The notes: generated by a model from the sequence alone, not told the origin. A stretch of DNA of 64,000 nucleotides from Eubacterium sp. (GCA_963653425.1 CAVJWC010000001.1:151430-215429), one strand, 5' to 3'. Shown: positions 1-8,886, counted from the first letter of the stretch. Made by a program: numbers and translations.

Positions 1-645
1 GCCAATCCCAACTGTTCGACGATAATTTGTCTTACCGCGCTTTATCCTGTCATAAAAGCGGGGATAGAGATAGAAAGAACGGTGATTTCGAGTTATCAGG
101 CAGTATCGGGCGCGGGAATAAAGGGAATTACCGAGCTGTACGAACAGGAACGGGGCGTATTCCGCAGTAATTCGGTTTTCCCAGAACCGATATGCGGAAA
201 CGTAATACCTCTTATCGGCGAAGAAAAGGAGGGCGAAAGCCTCGAAGAAAGCAAAATGCATAACGAAATCCACAAGATTTTGGCAAGCGACAAAATGTTG
301 ATTCATACGACCTGCGTAAGAGTTCCCGTAAAAAGATGTCATTCTTTTTCAATAACGCTTTTTTTGAAAGAAGCCGCCGATTTGGGCTATATACGTCGGC
401 TTTATTCAAAAGAAAACGAAGAAAGACAAGAGCGTTCGCCAGCGGTGGAACTTATCGAAAAAGGCTATCCCACACCGTTAAAATGCAGTGAAAAAGATAC
501 CGTGTTTATAGGAAGATTGCGCCGAGACAAACGAGATAACAAGGTTATATCGATGTTTTGTTGCGGAGATCAGCTACGTAAAGGAGCCGCTACGAACGCC
601 GTTGAAATCGCGGAATTCTACCTCAGGGAAAGAGGGAATATTTAA
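1..645 (+). CDS. asd: aspartate-semialdehyde dehydrogenase, C-terminal part (5' end outside window)
   Basis: Frame 1 is open from base 1 (ANPNCSTIICLTALYPV...). It continues into SSYQAVSGAG and GDQLRKGAATNAVEIAE blocks typical of Asd. The M at 82 in the ORF track is internal. Confidence 0.9.
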   Translation, partial: ANPNCSTIICLTALYPVIKAGIEIERTVISSYQAVSGAGIKGITELYEQERGVFRSNSVFPEPICGNVIPLIGEEKEGESLEESKMHNEIHKILASDKMLIHTTCVRVPVKRCHSFSITLFLKEAADLGYIRRLYSKENEERQERSPAVELIEKGYPTPLKCSEKDTVFIGRLRRDKRDNKVISMFCCGDQLRKGAATNAVEIAEFYLRERGNI

Positions 646-749
646 GTTTATCGAAGGCGCTTACTTGCAGGGCAACGCACCGAAAGTCAAATACAGAGCA
701 AAAACCGACAAGCAAAATCAAGCAAAAACTATTAAAACCGCACAAAAAA

Positions 750-786
750 GCGTTTTCTTCTTTTAACGGGAAGTTAACGCTTTTTT
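750..786 (+). terminator. rho-independent terminator after asd
   Basis: GCGTTTTCTTC / GAAGTTAACGC stem (750-760 pairs with 770-780), followed by TTTTTT at 781-786. Confidence 0.7.
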
Positions 787-948
787 GTCATGATCTTATG
801 TGCTTCCGTAAAAATATGAGCGAGAGCGAAGGGAACGCCTGAAATATCGGAGATAACGAGAGGAAAGTTAAGGGGTACCTTTTCCGTTACGCGGGACGCT
901 TAAAACAAAAATCGACAAAATCAAACTGAGGCAGGAACGCCTTTCCTA

Positions 949-977
949 TTGACAAATTACGATAACAGAGTTATAAT
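949..977 (+). promoter_or_regulatory. consensus sigma-A type promoter upstream of yggS
   Basis: TTGACA (949-954), 17-nt spacer, TATAAT (972-977). This leaves a leader of about 150 nt before the ATG at 1134. Confidence 0.65.
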
Positions 978-1133
978 AAAAGGCAGACGTTATATCGTTA
1001 TCGGCGTTTTTTGAAACCTTAGGCAGCGAGTAACGTCGACGAAGTTTAAGCGTTCCGACCGCAAAGGCTTTTAACGCGCAGAGGACGCTTACTATTCGGT
1101 TTTGCTTAAATGCGAACGTGAAGGTGATTATAT

Positions 1134-1826
1134 ATGGAAAAACAGACCGTTCAATCGGTTTTGGAAAAGATCGACGCGGCTCTTTCGGGAACGGGAAGAG
1201 AAAGAAAAGATATAACTATAGTCGCGGCTACGAAAATGCAGACGATAGAAACTCTTACGGACTTTATGAAATACGGGTTCGTGTACGGAGAGAACCGAGT
1301 TCAGGAACTTACGGAGAAATATCCGTTGCTTCCGGGCGTAAAGTGGCATTTTATCGGTCAGTTGCAGACAAACAAAGTAAAATACATAATAGACAAAGTA
1401 GACCTTATTCATTCGGTGGACAGACTGCCTCTTGCCGAAGAAATCAATCGTCAGGCAATGAAGCACGAGAAGATTCAGGATATTCTTATCGAAGTGAACA
1501 CCGATTCCAACGGCACGAAAGGCGGAGTTTCTTTTGACGGACTCGAACCTCTTACGGAAGAAATCATGAAGCTCGGTAACGTCCGTATAAAAGGACTTAT
1601 GACGGTTATGCCGATAGAAAAGCCCGAAGGCGTAAATCTTTACGCGAAAATGTACGAGCTGTTTCAGTCTATGAAAGCAAAGTTCCCCGAAATCGAATGG
1701 AAATATCTTTCTATGGGAATGAGCGGAGACTACGAAGAAGCGCTTAAAAACGGTTCGGATATGATAAGACTGGGCAGAGCCTTTTTCGGAGAAAGAAACT
1801 ACGGCGTCAAGGAGCAGAGCATATGA
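1134..1826 (+). CDS. yggS: YggS/YlmE family pyridoxal-phosphate homeostasis protein
   Basis: 230 aa. ENRVQEL...WHFIGQLQTNKVKYI motif of the YggS family. SD GAAGGTGA lies 6 nt upstream of the ATG. Confidence 0.9.
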   Translation: MEKQTVQSVLEKIDAALSGTGRERKDITIVAATKMQTIETLTDFMKYGFVYGENRVQELTEKYPLLPGVKWHFIGQLQTNKVKYIIDKVDLIHSVDRLPLAEEINRQAMKHEKIQDILIEVNTDSNGTKGGVSFDGLEPLTEEIMKLGNVRIKGLMTVMPIEKPEGVNLYAKMYELFQSMKAKFPEIEWKYLSMGMSGDYEEALKNGSDMIRLGRAFFGERNYGVKEQSI

Positions 1827-2506
1827 GCGCTAAAAAGCAGAAAAAACCAATGAGCCCCGTAAAATTCTGGATTATTATGGGCGCTGTTATAGTTATAGGC
1901 ATCGTTTTGGATCAGGTTACGAAGGTTATAGTTCAGAACAATCTGACGCACGACGATAAGATTTCCATTATCGGAGATTGGGTGTACTTTACCTACGCTC
2001 AGAATTGGGGAGCTTCTTTCGGAATGCTCGACAGCTGGAAATACAAGAACGTTTTATTCTTCGCGATAACCGTTATAGGCATTCCCGTTTTCGCTTATCT
2101 TCTGGCAAAGAGAAGAAACGAGCGTATTCTTGGCAGTATCGGGCTTGCGCTTATGATATCGGGAGCCATAGGCAACGCTATCGACAGATTTATGTATTCC
2201 ACGTCTTTTTACGACGGATACGTAAGAGATTTCATCGGCGTAAAACACTTTGCGATTTTTAACGTTGCCGACAGCTGTATGTGCGTAGGAATAGCGTTAT
2301 TGCTTATATCGATGTTGTTCCTCGATAAAGACAGACCTTTCGGAACGACCGAAAAAGAGTCTTCCGAGGAAGAAAAAGAAAAGCTGATAGCCCAAAAGAA
2401 GAAAGAGGAAGAAGACGACGTTAACAAAATCGTCGGGTTTATCGAAGAGTATAAGACCTATTCGGAAAAAGAATCTCAAAGCGCAGTGGAGAAACAGGAG
2501 CGATAA
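1823..2506 (+). CDS. lspA: lipoprotein signal peptidase II with a long charged C-terminal tail
   Basis: NWGASFG, GNAIDRF and FNVADSCMCVG motifs. ATGA start/stop overlap with yggS. About 60 extra Glu/Lys-rich residues at the C terminus. Confidence 0.9.
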   Translation: MSAKKQKKPMSPVKFWIIMGAVIVIGIVLDQVTKVIVQNNLTHDDKISIIGDWVYFTYAQNWGASFGMLDSWKYKNVLFFAITVIGIPVFAYLLAKRRNERILGSIGLALMISGAIGNAIDRFMYSTSFYDGYVRDFIGVKHFAIFNVADSCMCVGIALLLISMLFLDKDRPFGTTEKESSEEEKEKLIAQKKKEEEDDVNKIVGFIEEYKTYSEKESQSAVEKQER

Positions 2507-3430
2507 TTGGCTGAAATAGTTTATCTGACAGTAGAAAACGATTGCGAAGGACTTCGGCTTGACAGTTTCGTTTCGTCGAATATAGACGATATTTCGCGTT
2601 CTCACGCGCAAAAACTCATTGACGAGGGCGGAGTGCTTCTTAACGGAAACGTTTTTAAGGCAAAAAAGAACGTTCGTGCGGGCGACGTCGTTCGGGTTGA
2701 GATTCCCGATCCCGTTCCCATAGACGTAAAACCCGAAAACATTCCTCTCGACGTGGTGTACGAAGACGAAAATCTTGCCGTTATAAACAAACAGCAGGGA
2801 CTTACCGTTCATCCGGCTAACGGAGTTTATACGGGAACGCTCGTAAATGCGCTTTTATACAGGTTCAAGGACCTTTCGGGCATAAACGGAGTAATCCGTC
2901 CGGGAATCGTTCACAGGCTGGATAAAATGACCAGCGGACTTATGCTCGTTGCAAAGAACGACCGCGCGCATAACTGTCTTGCCGAACAGATAGCTTCAAA
3001 AACGTGCAGACGAATTTACAACGCGCTCGTGGAAGGGGTTATAAAAGAAGACGACGGAGTGATTATTCAGCCGGTAGGACGCAATCCAAAGGACAGAAAA
3101 CAAATGGCTGTCGTAGAGGACGGAAGATACGCCGAGACTCACTACAAAGTCCTTACGAGATACAAAAACAACACCTTCTGCGCTTTCGAACTTAAAACGG
3201 GACGGACTCATCAGATCCGCGTTCATTGTAAGTTCATAGGGCATCCCGTTGTAGGCGACGAAGTTTACGGTTACAGAAACCAACGCTTTGCCTTAGACGG
3301 TCAGCTTCTTCATTCGAAAGAGATAACGTTTTTCGATTTATCGGGCAAAATGCTTCATTTCGAATGTCCGCTTCCCGATTATTTCGCAAAAATCATAGGT
3401 ATTTTGGATAAATCTGAAAAAAACTGTTGA
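2507..3430 (+). CDS. rluD: RluA/RluD family 23S rRNA pseudouridine synthase
   Basis: S4-like N terminus, HRLDKMTSGL catalytic motif, GRTHQIRVH motif. TTG start directly after the lspA stop, with AGGAG 6 nt upstream. Confidence 0.9.
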   Translation: MAEIVYLTVENDCEGLRLDSFVSSNIDDISRSHAQKLIDEGGVLLNGNVFKAKKNVRAGDVVRVEIPDPVPIDVKPENIPLDVVYEDENLAVINKQQGLTVHPANGVYTGTLVNALLYRFKDLSGINGVIRPGIVHRLDKMTSGLMLVAKNDRAHNCLAEQIASKTCRRIYNALVEGVIKEDDGVIIQPVGRNPKDRKQMAVVEDGRYAETHYKVLTRYKNNTFCAFELKTGRTHQIRVHCKFIGHPVVGDEVYGYRNQRFALDGQLLHSKEITFFDLSGKMLHFECPLPDYFAKIIGILDKSEKNC

Positions 3431-3508
3431 CTATTACGAATAACTTTGATATACTGATACAGTAGACTTTTTTTGCCCTTACGGGGTAAAAGATACAGAG
3501 GTGAAAAG

Positions 3509-3829
3509 ATGCAAAAAGTTGTTGAAAAGATTATTATGGGCGTCACCGGCGTGGCGGTACTCTTCGCTATGCTCGGATTGATTCTGAAAAGCTCGGGATG
3601 TACCAATGCGGGTATAATCATTCTTATGATTGCAGCTACCGCTTACTTCCTTATTCAGCTGATTATGTATTGGAAAAACGGCGACGCAGCCGAAAACAAA
3701 TCGCTTCTTGTAGGCGTTATCGTTTCTTTCGTCGTGGCTCTTCTTATTTTCGTTCTCGGCATCTTACTTATGACGGGTAAGATTCTTCCCAACGGTTGGT
3801 TCGGAATGATCGAGACGCTTAAATTCTGA
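3509..3829 (+). CDS. small membrane protein, about 3 transmembrane segments, function unknown
   Basis: The ORF track starts at 3473. ATG 3509 follows AGAGGTGAAAAG. Hydrophobic segments VTGVAVLFAMLGLIL, IIILMIAATAYFLIQLI and LLVGVIVSFVVALLIFVLGILL. Confidence 0.6.
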   Translation: MQKVVEKIIMGVTGVAVLFAMLGLILKSSGCTNAGIIILMIAATAYFLIQLIMYWKNGDAAENKSLLVGVIVSFVVALLIFVLGILLMTGKILPNGWFGMIETLKF

Positions 3830-3844
3830 TACTTTTTATAAATC

Positions 3845-3880
3845 AAAAACCCGAGGCAAAAAACGCTTCGGGTTTTTTCT
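3845..3880. terminator. bidirectional rho-independent terminator between convergent genes
   Basis: ACCCGAGG (3849-3856) pairs with CTTCGGGT (3866-3873). A-run upstream and T-run downstream. Confidence 0.7.
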
Positions 3881-3921
3881 TTTGCAGATATTTTTAAGGA
3901 GGAGTTTCCAAGGCAAACTTT

Positions 3922-5406
3922 TCATCCGATTACGGTGTTTCCGCTAAGCCATGCGGTAAACCATTTATTCATTTTCGCGCCGTATTCTTTTTCGAAACAT
4001 TCGATAAACAGTTCGGGCGAAACGATAGAAAATTTGCCTGCTTTATAGTAGCGGCGGAGGGCTTTGAAGAATTTCTTTTCTCCCGTTAAGTCGCGTAAAC
4101 TGTCCATCATAAGCATCCCTTTGAGGTAGGTTAAAGTTACGTAGGTCTGAGCGTTTTTGAACTCTACAAGGCTTCTCGTGAGCGACGTGTCGAAATCCTT
4201 GTCGTAATCCTTCAGAACGTTAAAATACAGCTTATAGCGGTTATAGGACTTTTTCAGCGTTTCTTCGGCGTTTCCGTATTCCGGACAGGCTTTATAGAAA
4301 GCTATAACCGAATATTCGGCAAGCCCTTCGTCCATCCATGCGTTTTCGAACTGATTGTTTCCGACTATTCCGTACCACCATTGGTGAGCCGTCTCGTGAA
4401 TCAGAACTTTATTAAAGCTTTCGCGCCCGAGATTGTCGGCGATAAAAACGAGATTTGGGTATTCCATTCCCGCGCTTTCGAGTCCCGTTTCAGCCACGCA
4501 ATAGGTGTCATACGGGTAATCTCCGAAAGTCTTTTCGAAAAAGTCGAAACAGTCGCGTATAAGATTAAGCGACGCGTCGGGATCGGTATCTTTTACGTAA
4601 AAGTACTTTATCTCGGTATCGTCCGTCTTTACGGTTTTTTGGCAGAATTTATCCGACACGCAAAGCGCGAAGTCGCGTATACATTTCCCTTCGAACTTAT
4701 AAGAAACGCTTGAATTATCGGTATTTTTTTGAATAAGACTACCCGAATGAGCTACGGAATAATTCTCGGGAAGAATAAGCGTAACCGAGTAATTAGCCGT
4801 CTGACTTACGAAGGGATCACCGTAAGAAACGTAAGGATAACTTGTAAAATTTCCGTTTTCTTCATAGCAAAGAACGGGATAAACGTTTGCAAGATTATAG
4901 GTTTCCGTCGTATAACCCGTGCGGTGACGAACGTTTGCGAGAACTACGCGGTAGGTTATTTCGACGGTAACCGAGTCGCCCGAAAAAAGTTCTTTTTTCA
5001 GCGTAACGTCAAGAGTTTCTTCGTCTTCGCCCGAAAGAGCGTATTCGGTTTTTTCGCCGTCGGTTTTAACTTCGCTTACTATAATTTCGCCGTAAGACAA
5101 ACCGTTCGGGTAGGCTTCTTTTTCTGAAGACTTATCCACTGCGGGATTTTTTGCGCCTTCGCGGTAAGCGTTTGCGTATAATTGAAAACGCAGTTTGGTT
5201 ACCGTCGAATCGGAACGGTTGGTATAGGTAAAAGTCGTATGTCCCGAAAGGCTTTTGTCTTCGGTATGAAGACTTAAAATCATATCGTAATTATTGAGTT
5301 TTCCCGAACGAATCTTTAATTCGTCGTTCGTGCAACCCGTAAAAAACGCTGACAGAACCGTAAGAAAAGCCGAAATCAACAGGAAATAAAAACCTTTTTT
5401 AAGCAT
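3922..5406 (-). CDS. M1 family (gluzincin) metallopeptidase, lipoprotein
   Basis: HETAHQWWYG...WMDEGLAEY (HExxH-18-E). N-terminal signal with lipobox FFTGC. Confidence 0.85.
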   Translation of the reverse strand: MLKKGFYFLLISAFLTVLSAFFTGCTNDELKIRSGKLNNYDMILSLHTEDKSLSGHTTFTYTNRSDSTVTKLRFQLYANAYREGAKNPAVDKSSEKEAYPNGLSYGEIIVSEVKTDGEKTEYALSGEDEETLDVTLKKELFSGDSVTVEITYRVVLANVRHRTGYTTETYNLANVYPVLCYEENGNFTSYPYVSYGDPFVSQTANYSVTLILPENYSVAHSGSLIQKNTDNSSVSYKFEGKCIRDFALCVSDKFCQKTVKTDDTEIKYFYVKDTDPDASLNLIRDCFDFFEKTFGDYPYDTYCVAETGLESAGMEYPNLVFIADNLGRESFNKVLIHETAHQWWYGIVGNNQFENAWMDEGLAEYSVIAFYKACPEYGNAEETLKKSYNRYKLYFNVLKDYDKDFDTSLTRSLVEFKNAQTYVTLTYLKGMLMMDSLRDLTGEKKFFKALRRYYKAGKFSIVSPELFIECFEKEYGAKMNKWFTAWLSGNTVIG

Positions 5407-5468
5407 AACAGCACCTCTTTTAAGCTATATTTATGCTTATGAAAGTAAAAAGCTTTTTATTCCGTTTT

Positions 5469-5804
5469 TTATACTTCCGATAAACATTGTTCGGCGGCGC
5501 ACATTAAAAGCTTGTCGAAGGCTTGGCTTTGCAGACAATAAAACACGGTCTTTCCTTGGCGTTTATGGGTAATAAATCCGCGGTCTTTAAGCATTCTGAG
5601 CTGATGAGAAAGAGTGGTCTGATTCATTCCGAGGATTTCCGCAAGGTCGCTTACGCATATTTCCGAAACGGAAAGAGCGGAAAGTATCCTGAGTCTCGAG
5701 GAATCGGAGAATACTTCGAAAAAAGCCGCGAGCTTATCGGCTGTTCCGTGATCGGGAAGATAATATTCGATTTCGTTTATGGTTTTTCCGTCAAGAAGTT
5801 GCAT
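5469..5804 (-). CDS. ArsR/SmtB family transcriptional regulator
   Basis: 111 aa. RLRILSAL...ICVSDLAEILGMNQTTLSHQLRMLKDRGF winged-helix block. Confidence 0.85.
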   Translation of the reverse strand: MQLLDGKTINEIEYYLPDHGTADKLAAFFEVFSDSSRLRILSALSVSEICVSDLAEILGMNQTTLSHQLRMLKDRGFITHKRQGKTVFYCLQSQAFDKLLMCAAEQCLSEV

Positions 5805-5943
5805 TTTCTCTTCCTCCTTTGTCTTAGCGGGCGTTTTCTTACGTTGCCGAATAAATTTTCTCCGCGTATATTATACCATCCGTAACATCTTGATTTTTTG
5901 TCGCATATTGTATTATAAAAAAGATGTTTGACGGAGGTTCAAT

Positions 5944-6171
5944 ATGCGAATAACTTCAAATCTGTTATATTTACTGCTTTTATACGCAGTTCTGGATAAA
6001 AACAACCGTTTATCGGTAACGACGGGTTTGCTTATAGCCGGCGGAATAATTCTTTTCGGGCTTTGCTGTACCAATCCTTTTCTTTTCGGGAGCGGGGCGC
6101 AAAATTCCGCGAGAACCTGTCAGGGAAGACAATATTCGGGCAATCCCTTTATACTTACCAACAACCTCTGA
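5944..6171 (+). CDS. small hypothetical membrane protein (75 aa), divergent from the ArsR gene
   Basis: GGAGG 7 nt upstream of the ATG. Upstream TTGATT plus an AT-rich -10. Two hydrophobic segments and a CC pair (FGLCCTNPF). No family recognised. Confidence 0.4.
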   Translation: MRITSNLLYLLLLYAVLDKNNRLSVTTGLLIAGGIILFGLCCTNPFLFGSGAQNSARTCQGRQYSGNPFILTNNL

Positions 6172-6223
6172 GTCTGACAGCCGTAAATTCATGCGACTTT
6201 TAATAAGGCAATCGGCATCTGTA

Positions 6224-6251
6224 GATTTAACCGATTTACGGATTTAACCGA
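6224..6251 (+). repeat. direct repeat GATTTAACCGA x2 (6224-6234 and 6241-6251)
   Basis: Two identical 11-mers separated by TTTACG, read directly from the sequence. Confidence 0.9.
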
Positions 6252-6278
6252 AAATTCAGGCTTCCCAAATAACCAACA

Positions 6279-6304
6279 AACCCGCTCAGTCGGGTTCTTT
6301 TTTA
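6279..6304 (+). terminator. rho-independent terminator
   Basis: AACCCG / CGGGTT stem with loop CTCAGT, followed by a T-run to 6304. Confidence 0.65.
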
Positions 6305-6414
6305 TTTGTTTCAAAAGCACGATATGGGTAACGAAGAAGTTCAGCCCGAAAGAGTTAAAATTATCAGGTAATTTGAGCCGAAAGAGGTTTATTTAATATG
6401 TTTGTAAAATAGAA

Positions 6415-6443
6415 TTGACAAAATAGGAGAGTTGTAATAGAAT
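6415..6443 (+). promoter_or_regulatory. sigma-A type promoter for the M50 protease-scpAB unit
   Basis: TTGACA (6415-6420), 17-nt spacer, TAGAAT (6438-6443). Confidence 0.6.
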
Positions 6444-6507
6444 AAACAATATGCCTTTTGTTTACGGGCTTATGCGCCTTTATAAAAAGACAGAATCGGA
6501 GAACTCG

Positions 6508-7293
6508 ATGAACGCTTTATTTGATTTATTTATGAATCCGCCGAATACGGGCGTATCTCAGATTGCAGGCAGGACGCTTAAACCTTCCGACGGATTTCTC
6601 GCACTCATAGGTTACGTATGCGCGCTTCTTACCGCACTTATTCTGCACGAATGTGCGCACGGTTTCGCGGCTTTGAAATGCGGAGACGATACCGCAAAAT
6701 TAAGCGGAAGACTTAGCCTTAACCCGAAAAATCACCTCGATCTCGTAGGAACGATCTGTATGTTCGTGTGCGGTATAGGTTGGGCGAAACCCGTACCAAT
6801 AAATCCCGCCAAATTCAGGAAGAATTACAGAGCGTCTATCTTCTTCGTATCCATCGCGGGCGTTACCGTAAATATCATTCTCGCGTTTTTGTCTCTCGGT
6901 TTTTACGACCTCGTATGCGCGATAACTCTGTCTGCGGCAACTACCGTCAAGTCGTCGGGATTGTTATATGCGATTTTATACGTTCTGAGCGTGTATTTTA
7001 TCTACGGAACGATTATGAACATAGGCTTGTTCCTGTTTAACCTCATTCCTTTGTTCCCGTTGGACGGCTCGCACATTCTCGATCTGATTTTGCCTCAGAA
7101 CTCGGCTGTATCGAGATTTCTCAGAAGATACGGAATAATCATTCTGTATTGCCTTATAGGACTAAGCTTTATTGCCGATATTACGGGCATCGTATGGTTC
7201 GATATACTCGGTTTGTACCTTTACAACGTCAGAAATCTCATCTATAATCTGTTCGGAAGCTTCTGGTCGCTGATTTTCGGAGGACTGTTCTGA
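6508..7293 (+). CDS. site-2 protease family (M50) membrane metalloprotease
   Basis: HECAHGFAA (HExxH), multiple transmembrane segments, LFPLDGSHIL motif. Start chosen at ATG 6508 (GGAGA 5 nt upstream). The ORF track start is 6451. Confidence 0.85.
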   Translation: MNALFDLFMNPPNTGVSQIAGRTLKPSDGFLALIGYVCALLTALILHECAHGFAALKCGDDTAKLSGRLSLNPKNHLDLVGTICMFVCGIGWAKPVPINPAKFRKNYRASIFFVSIAGVTVNIILAFLSLGFYDLVCAITLSAATTVKSSGLLYAILYVLSVYFIYGTIMNIGLFLFNLIPLFPLDGSHILDLILPQNSAVSRFLRRYGIIILYCLIGLSFIADITGIVWFDILGLYLYNVRNLIYNLFGSFWSLIFGGLF

Positions 7294-7295
7294 TT

Positions 7296-8096
7296 ATGGC
7301 GGAAGTTCTTAATTTATCGCTTTCAAGAGAGGAACTGAAACTTCGTATAGAAGGATTCAGCGGACCGTTGGACTTGCTTCTTTCCATGGTAAAAGAAGCC
7401 AAGATAGAGATCAAAGATATATTCATATCCAACATTACCGACCAATTCTTAGCCTATATGTCGGCTTTCGACAGGCTGGATATCGAACTCGGAAGCGAAT
7501 ATATGGAAATAACGGCGACCCTTCTCGAAATAAAGTCCAGAGCTTTGCTTCCCGAACGGGAAGAACCCGAGTTTTCCGAAGAAGAAACGCCCGAACAGGA
7601 AATTATAAGAAGACTGGACGAATTCAGGATTCTCAAAGAAGCGTCGGAAAAGCTTCGCGAAATCGAAAACGTCGACAGGTTTTATAAAAAGCCCGACAAG
7701 CCCGAAGAAATCAATTATACGCCCAAATCCAAAGATATGTCGATGGAAAAGCTTCTCGAAGCCTATACGCAGGTGCTTTTACGTAATAAAGTAATAGCTG
7801 CGGGAGCGGGGCAGGACGAAAAAGAGATTTCCAAGGACGCTTTTACCGTCGCAGGGAAAATGCAATCTCTTCAGAAGCTTTTGAATCAGGGCGAAAAACT
7901 GTCATTTTTCGGACTTTTTAACGAAAAATCTTCAAAAAGAGAAATTATAGTAACCTTTTCTGCATTACTCGAACTTATGAAACTGCAATACGTTATAGCT
8001 AAGCAGGACGAAGAGTTTTCCGATATTACGCTTGAAAAGAATCCGGATTATACCGGAAGTGAGGAACTTGATTATGACAATATCGACGTTGGCTGA
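7296..8096 (+). CDS. scpA: segregation and condensation protein A
   Basis: FSGPLDLLLSMVKEAKIEIKDIFIS...YMEITATLLEIKSRALLP, typical of ScpA. Followed by scpB. Confidence 0.9.
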   Translation: MAEVLNLSLSREELKLRIEGFSGPLDLLLSMVKEAKIEIKDIFISNITDQFLAYMSAFDRLDIELGSEYMEITATLLEIKSRALLPEREEPEFSEEETPEQEIIRRLDEFRILKEASEKLREIENVDRFYKKPDKPEEINYTPKSKDMSMEKLLEAYTQVLLRNKVIAAGAGQDEKEISKDAFTVAGKMQSLQKLLNQGEKLSFFGLFNEKSSKREIIVTFSALLELMKLQYVIAKQDEEFSDITLEKNPDYTGSEELDYDNIDVG

Positions 8097-8766
8097 CGTT
8101 ATCGAAGCCATTTTGTTCGTTTCGGGAGACGAAGTGTCCGTCACGGAAATTCAAAACAAACTCGAAGTTACGGACGTGGAGATTTACGCGGCGCTCGAAA
8201 TACTTAAAAACCGTTTCAGCTCGAGGAACGGCATAAATCTGCTGATCTTTAACGATAAAATACAGTTTTCCAGCAATCCCGAACTTGCGGGCTACGTTTC
8301 AGCCGTTCTGAATCCGATAAGAGAAAAAGAACTCACGAAAGCCATGCTCGAAACGTTGTCGATAGTCGCTTACAAACAGCCCATAACAAAAACCGAAATA
8401 GAAGAATTCCGCGGAGTGGACAGCAGTTACGCGATTTCGATGCTCGTTAAACTCGATATGATTTACGTTGCGGGCAAAAAAGACGCCATCGGAAAGCCGT
8501 TGCTTTATAAGACGACGGACGAGTTTCTTAAACGTTTTTCGCTTACGTCGCTTGACGAACTTCCGGACACCGAACAGCTTATGGAGCGCATAAAAACGCT
8601 CGAAACCGACGTTTCAAGAAGCCTTTTCGATTTTGACGAGAACGATTTTGCCGTAGGCGAAGAAGAAAGCGACGACTTTGACTCGGTAAGAATTTCCGAT
8701 AATCCGTTTGAAGAGTCGCAGGAAGACTTTTTCGGTAGTGACGGCGAAGTTAAAATAATAAAATAA
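8074..8766 (+). CDS. scpB: segregation and condensation protein B
   Basis: IEAILFVSGDEVSV...LETLSIVAYKQPITKTEIEEFRGVDS. Start taken at ATG 8074, overlapping the scpA end. Acidic C-terminal tail. Confidence 0.9.
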   Translation: MTISTLADVIEAILFVSGDEVSVTEIQNKLEVTDVEIYAALEILKNRFSSRNGINLLIFNDKIQFSSNPELAGYVSAVLNPIREKELTKAMLETLSIVAYKQPITKTEIEEFRGVDSSYAISMLVKLDMIYVAGKKDAIGKPLLYKTTDEFLKRFSLTSLDELPDTEQLMERIKTLETDVSRSLFDFDENDFAVGEEESDDFDSVRISDNPFEESQEDFFGSDGEVKIIK

Positions 8767-8813
8767 AGGCTTTCAGTATTATCAGGATAAAAATTGCGTT
8801 TACGGTAATTACA

Positions 8814-8871
8814 GATAAAGTGCGTAACGCTTAACGTAATCCGATACGCAATAAGGATAAAGTGCATAACG
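8814..8871 (+). repeat. 16-nt direct repeat GATAAAGTGC[G/A]TAACG (8814-8829 and 8856-8871)
   Basis: One mismatch between copies. Bracketed by the inverted repeat CGGTAATTACA (8803-8813) / TGTAATTACCG (8879-8889). Confidence 0.9.
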
Positions 8872-8886
8872 TTGTTTATGTAATTA
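8859..8886. other. candidate dif-like (XerC/XerD-type) 28-mer
   Basis: AAAGTGCATAA-CGTTGT-TTATGTAATTA. The inner dyad CATAA-N6-TTATG and the TTATGTAA arm resemble known dif sites. It lies in the convergent ORF-free zone. Confidence 0.35.

Noticed and set aside
6451-6507. Upstream start (ATG 6451) for the M50 protease, which would be leaderless since it lies 8 nt after the -10 box.
   Set aside because: ATG 6508 has a proper GGAGA SD. The extra 19 residues (MPFVYGLMRLYKKTESENS) are not part of the conserved M50 core. I keep it as an alternative only.
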